A stretch of DNA of 64,000 nt from Candidatus Poribacteria bacterium (GTDB taxonomy: Bacteria > Poribacteria > WGA-4E > GCA-2687025), in contig OY762492.1 of NCBI GenBank assembly GCA_963665845.2, positions 3,456,001 through 3,520,000 on the forward strand. The letters are read 5' to 3'. Of this stretch, positions 59,577-64,000 are shown piece by piece (within the stretch, counting starts at the first letter, position 1; each line of letters starts with the position of its first letter). Both the position numbers and the translations under genes were made by a program. Below the pieces are notes generated by a model. The model was not told where the DNA came from. It searched no databases and was given only the letters and a program-made list of their open reading frames with translations.

Positions 59577-62141
59577 ATGGAAAATCGCAAATCAACGCTG
59601 CGGCGCATACAGTACCGCTGGTTTGGAAGCTTGAGCGGTCAATTGCTGCTCATGTTTGTGGCGGCGTCGGCGATACCGGCTCTGGCGGTGGTGTTTTTGC
59701 CGAGGATCGGATTGTATGCGCAGAGCCGCGCGTCGCTTCAAAGGGCGATCGGATCCGAACTGCATAAAACATCGGTGGAAGCGCGCGAGAGCGCAACCCT
59801 GCTTGTTACAGAAGAGCTGAAATGGGCGGAGCAGCAGGCTGACCGCGCCATCGGCAAACATGTGCGGGAAATCGCCAAGCAGAACATGGACACGATGCTC
59901 ATCATCGGCGCATGGGGAAGCGGCGAATCTCCTCTTGGCAGCGGGGCGGATATTATTGTCAGCAATATCGTCAGGGAACGTTCGCGCGTCGTCGGTTACA
60001 CGATCGCCGACCATCGCGGACTGACCCTCGCATCCAACGAAAAGAGCCGTCCCGCCACCGTTTTAAACGAAACATGGTGGAAGGAGACGGTTCAAAACAA
60101 CAGACCGCATATCGGCAAGACAGGTTTTCATAACAAACACGATTCGGTTGTCGCGCGGCTTGCCGTGCCGATACGCGAGAACTCCAACCGCAGCAGCAAG
60201 CCGGTAGGCGCGATGCGTTTAACGCTCTCCTTTCCAGAGCTGGCCGATCTCAGCGGCGCCGGCGCCCAGGAGGATCCGCGCCGCATTGAAATTTTAGGGC
60301 GCGATCCGCATGACCCTGACAACCGCTATGTGTATCTGGTCAGCTCATCGGAGCCTGGATGGGACCGCCTTGAAAACGAGGACACGGTCTGGGTGGAGCT
60401 GGAGCCGAGGCGAAGCGGGCGCGCCGCCGGCAACAACGGCGCCGTGAAAAGCCTGATGATCAGCGCGCGCGTCTCTCTCGGCAAATTTGCGCATCCCGAC
60501 CTGGGCGAGGAAGAGTATGCGGTGGAGGGTTTGACAGCGTCTGAATTTGCGGACATGGCGTTTGAAAGGCTGTCCGATTCTCCAAATCCGCCGTTGGGGG
60601 TCATGGTTTCCGTTCGAAAAATGGGACTGACCTTTTCAAAATCGGCGGAAGACGCGACGGACGCCGCCAGCAGATCCGACGCCCCCGTCTACCGCATCGA
60701 ACCGGACAGCAAAAATGTGGAGCGGGTCTGGGCATACGACAAGTTTATCGGACCGATACCGCTCTGGTCGGCGCTCGTCTCGGAGCCGACGACGGTCGCC
60801 TTCATCTCTGAACAAATGCTCTGGAAGCGCATCCTGTGGACGATCGGCTTGGCGGCGGTCGTTTTCGGCATCGTCTCGTTTCTCTTTGTGCGCCGAATTG
60901 TGCGCCCGATACGTCAGATCACCGACGCGGCGCACACCATCCGCCTCGGAAATTACCAGCAGGCGATACCGATCACAAGCCATAACGAGATCGGAATACT
61001 GGGCGAAGAATTCAACGCCATGACGCAGACGCTGCAGGACGCCCTGGCGCGAATCCGCCAAGAAGAGCGGAAGTTGAACTCGGTCTTGAACGGCATCGCC
61101 GAAGGGATCGTCCATTTAGACCTGGAGCGGCGCATTGTGCTGCTGAACCCGGCGGCGGAGGCGCTGCTGAATTTGCCGTCGGACGCGGTCGGCAAGACGG
61201 TCGACGAGGCGCTGGACCCGCAGCTGCTGGAGCGGCTCTTTCCGCCCGACAGAATGCGCCCATTGAGCCATCGAGTGAACGCCTACGAGGTGGAGATCGA
61301 ACGGAATAAACAAAAAATCGCGCTCAAAGTGGTGCGCGGGCCGGTCTACTACACGGACGGGGCGCCGACGGGCGCGGTGTATGTGCTGGACGACATCACC
61401 CGCGAAAAAGAGATTGACCAGATGAAATCGGAGTTTGTCGCGCTGGTCTCGCATGAGCTGCGCACCCCGCTGACCTCCATTTACGGCTACACGCGGCTCA
61501 TTTTAGACGGAAAAACAGGCGTCATACCAGAGGTGATGCGCGACAAACTGGAGCGGGTGGAACGGCAGGCGGTCAGGCTGTCCGGTTTGATCAGCGACCT
61601 GCTAGACCTTTCGCGCATCGAATCGGGGCGCATTGAGCTGAAGTTGGAGCCGCTGGACCTTGCGGAGGTCGGAAAGACGCGCATGGATGAAATCAGTCCC
61701 CAAGCCGCCGAGAAACGCATCCGTCTTTCGTTTGAAGCGGAACCTGGACTTCCGCTTGCGACAGGCGACGCGGACCGCATCGGGCAGGCGGTAACGAACC
61801 TGCTCGGCAACGCGGTCAAGTTCACCCCGGACGATGGAACGGTTGAAACGCGCGTCGGGCGGGAGGGCGGCTATCTTTGGTTGAGCGTCAAAGACACTGG
61901 CCCCGGCATCGCGCAAAGCGACCAGGAGATGATTTTCGACAAGTTCCGTCAATCGTCCAATCATCAAACGCGCAAGCAGGGCGGAACAGGTTTAGGACTC
62001 GCCATCGCGCGCAGCATTATTCAGGCGCACGGGGGCGAAATATGGGTCGAAAGCGCCCTCGGCAAAGGAAGCGAATTCGCCTTTCGAATACCGATAGACG
62101 AAGCGGGCGAGACGGTACAGTTCACCGAAAACTCGATCTAG
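59577..62141 (+). CDS. membrane sensor histidine kinase (periplasmic sensor, HAMP, PAS, HisKA, HATPase)
   Basis: two TM helices, EIGILGEEFNAM, SHELRTPLTSI, NLLGNAVKFT, DTGPGI, GGTGLGL. Confidence 0.95.
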   Translation: MENRKSTLRRIQYRWFGSLSGQLLLMFVAASAIPALAVVFLPRIGLYAQSRASLQRAIGSELHKTSVEARESATLLVTEELKWAEQQADRAIGKHVREIAKQNMDTMLIIGAWGSGESPLGSGADIIVSNIVRERSRVVGYTIADHRGLTLASNEKSRPATVLNETWWKETVQNNRPHIGKTGFHNKHDSVVARLAVPIRENSNRSSKPVGAMRLTLSFPELADLSGAGAQEDPRRIEILGRDPHDPDNRYVYLVSSSEPGWDRLENEDTVWVELEPRRSGRAAGNNGAVKSLMISARVSLGKFAHPDLGEEEYAVEGLTASEFADMAFERLSDSPNPPLGVMVSVRKMGLTFSKSAEDATDAASRSDAPVYRIEPDSKNVERVWAYDKFIGPIPLWSALVSEPTTVAFISEQMLWKRILWTIGLAAVVFGIVSFLFVRRIVRPIRQITDAAHTIRLGNYQQAIPITSHNEIGILGEEFNAMTQTLQDALARIRQEERKLNSVLNGIAEGIVHLDLERRIVLLNPAAEALLNLPSDAVGKTVDEALDPQLLERLFPPDRMRPLSHRVNAYEVEIERNKQKIALKVVRGPVYYTDGAPTGAVYVLDDITREKEIDQMKSEFVALVSHELRTPLTSIYGYTRLILDGKTGVIPEVMRDKLERVERQAVRLSGLISDLLDLSRIESGRIELKLEPLDLAEVGKTRMDEISPQAAEKRIRLSFEAEPGLPLATGDADRIGQAVTNLLGNAVKFTPDDGTVETRVGREGGYLWLSVKDTGPGIAQSDQEMIFDKFRQSSNHQTRKQGGTGLGLAIARSIIQAHGGEIWVESALGKGSEFAFRIPIDEAGETVQFTENSI

Positions 62142-62154
62142 GGAGGAAAGCCGC

Positions 62155-64000
62155 ATGCGTAAAAGGGCGCGGCGCATGGCGGCTTGGACGCTCGCGCTGA
62201 GCATTCTAGCGCTGACCGGCTGCGGACCGGAAGAGCCGACGACCATGCCCCTCGGCGCATGGAAAATCGCGCGGCAAGGAAAATGGCGCGGCACGTTTTA
62301 CGATCTGGAGTTTGCGAATGCCCAGACCGGATGGGCGGTCGGAAGTACGGAAGGGGCGCAGAAAGCTCTCATCGCGCATACCTCCAACGGCGGAGCGGAA
62401 TGGACGCCTCAACATGCGGATGTACAAGGACCGATGCGCCGCGCCGCCTTTCAAAACGAAAAGGTCGGATGGATCGTCGGGGACGGCGGAATCGTTGTCG
62501 GAACGGGCGACGGCGGAACGACATGGACGCGCCTTAACCTGAACAGCTCCAGCGCCTTTTACGACATCTTTGCAGGACATGGCGCCGTTTGGATCGTCGG
62601 GGACCACGGCGCCGCGTTCCGCTCCCGGAACGAAGGACTCGATTGGGAACCTGCGGGGAAGGGGCTGGAGCAAGCGTCGCTGCGGGCGGTTCATTTTATC
62701 GACGCGCAAACGGGATGGGCGGCAGGATGGAGCGGGCGCATTTTCCGCACCGACGACGGCGGAGACGCATGGATCCCGCAGCAGACGCCCGATTCCATCG
62801 GCGGCGCCGAATTGACGCGCATCCGTTTTTTTGACGCGCAAAGAGGCTTTGCGGTCGGCGACCAGCGGACGATCCTAGCGACGGAGGACGGAGGCGAAAC
62901 ATGGCGCCATATCACCGACGGCTCCAACGAGCGGCATTTTCAAATCTACGGACAAAAACGCCGCCTCGGCGACGAGCCGCTTCACAGTTACATGCTGTAC
63001 GACCTGCACATCGAGCCGCCGAACAGGTTATGGGTCGCGGGCGATCTGGGCGCGGCGCTGAAGTCGGAGAACGGAGGCAAAGTTTGGACTCACATGCTGG
63101 GCGGCCGCACCGGAAAGCGGGGGGCGCATCCCGTTTTTCTCGCCGTTGAATTTGCCGACGCAAACGCAGGATGGGTCGCGGGCGAAGGCGGCGGGATCTA
63201 CGCCACCAACGACGGCGGAAAGACATGGACGGCGCAATCGACAACGGCGGGGCTGCTCTACGGCGTCTGCTTCGCCAGCCCGAAGGTCGGCTGGGCGGTC
63301 GGCGACCGAGGCGACGCCCTGTTCACCTCCGACGGCGGACTCAACTGGACGGCGCAGGACAGCTCCACCGACGAATGTTTCAGCTCAACGCATTTTATAG
63401 ATGAACGGCGCGGCTGGGCGGCGGCGGAGTTCGGCGTCATCGTCCATACCGACGACGGCGGCGAAACATGGACGAAACAGGAGACGCCCGGCAATATCGA
63501 CCTGTTGGACATCTACTTCGCGGACAAGCGAAACGGATGGGCGGTCGGCGTCGCAGGGAAGATTTACCGAACGGCGAACGGAGGCGCCGACTGGACAGAA
63601 TCGGAGGCGCCTGTCAAGCGGGAGCTGTTTGCCGTCCATTTTGTGAACCCAAAGATCGGATGGGCGGCGGGGAAGGAGGGCGCCGTCGTACGCTCAAGCG
63701 ACGGCGGCGTTACATGGACGCGCCAAGCGGAGCAGATCGGATCCGATGTGTGGCTGATGAGCGTCTACTTTCATGATAAACAAAACGGCTGGACATGTTC
63801 AGCCGAAGGGCGCATTTTTATGACGCAGGACGGCGGGCAGACATGGACAGAGCAGGAGACGGGCGTTGACGCAGTTCTTTACGACATCGCCTTTTTAGAC
63901 AAACGAAACGGATGGGCGGTCGGCGGCGGCGGGCTGATCCTGCAGACGACAGACGGCGGAACCCGTTGGCGCAAACGGCCAAGCGGAGTCGATGTGGACT
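62155..64000 (+). CDS. YCF48/BNR-repeat beta-propeller lipoprotein, truncated by window end
   Basis: GGAGG then MRKRARR..LALTGC lipobox; repeated GWAVG..T.DGG.TW units; no stop seen before the window end. Confidence 0.85.
   Translation, partial: MRKRARRMAAWTLALSILALTGCGPEEPTTMPLGAWKIARQGKWRGTFYDLEFANAQTGWAVGSTEGAQKALIAHTSNGGAEWTPQHADVQGPMRRAAFQNEKVGWIVGDGGIVVGTGDGGTTWTRLNLNSSSAFYDIFAGHGAVWIVGDHGAAFRSRNEGLDWEPAGKGLEQASLRAVHFIDAQTGWAAGWSGRIFRTDDGGDAWIPQQTPDSIGGAELTRIRFFDAQRGFAVGDQRTILATEDGGETWRHITDGSNERHFQIYGQKRRLGDEPLHSYMLYDLHIEPPNRLWVAGDLGAALKSENGGKVWTHMLGGRTGKRGAHPVFLAVEFADANAGWVAGEGGGIYATNDGGKTWTAQSTTAGLLYGVCFASPKVGWAVGDRGDALFTSDGGLNWTAQDSSTDECFSSTHFIDERRGWAAAEFGVIVHTDDGGETWTKQETPGNIDLLDIYFADKRNGWAVGVAGKIYRTANGGADWTESEAPVKRELFAVHFVNPKIGWAAGKEGAVVRSSDGGVTWTRQAEQIGSDVWLMSVYFHDKQNGWTCSAEGRIFMTQDGGQTWTEQETGVDAVLYDIAFLDKRNGWAVGGGGLILQTTDGGTRWRKRPSGVDVD

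Overview
GC-rich bacterial chromosomal window. It is probably Candidatus Poribacteria (inference from the WD40/Ig/dockerin protein with an '[16 protein letters not shown]' C-terminal domain, the 'VDP...WGKIK' C-terminal motif, and the PhyH, GH95 and sugar-epimerase genes). Housekeeping content: a hemC-cobA/hemD-ccm operon, lpxL-like/ELM1-like/PorV-like genes, an RND efflux pair, hemL, polyprenyl synthase, ribD, pduO, a TonB-dependent receptor, rpsT-recR-M28-rsmG, a sensor kinase and a truncated YCF48-like lipoprotein. Intergenic DNA is dense with REP-like palindromes and two MITE families. Main findings: (1) a complete IS110 element (48016-49558) inserted exactly inside the REP palindrome, with a readable bridge RNA whose guide segments match both the REP target and its own circle junction, and a junction promoter; (2) a three-gene locus of a large TPR protein ending in an antitoxin-like tail, an intact PIN nuclease and a catalytically degenerate PIN paralog; (3) a second TPR/antitoxin-tail fusion facing a DUF488-DUF488-OB-like operon; (4) a C26 tract at the start of a 28-repeat WD40 secreted protein with hypervariable repeat positions. 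All calls come from reading the sequence and recalled motifs; no searches or folding were run.
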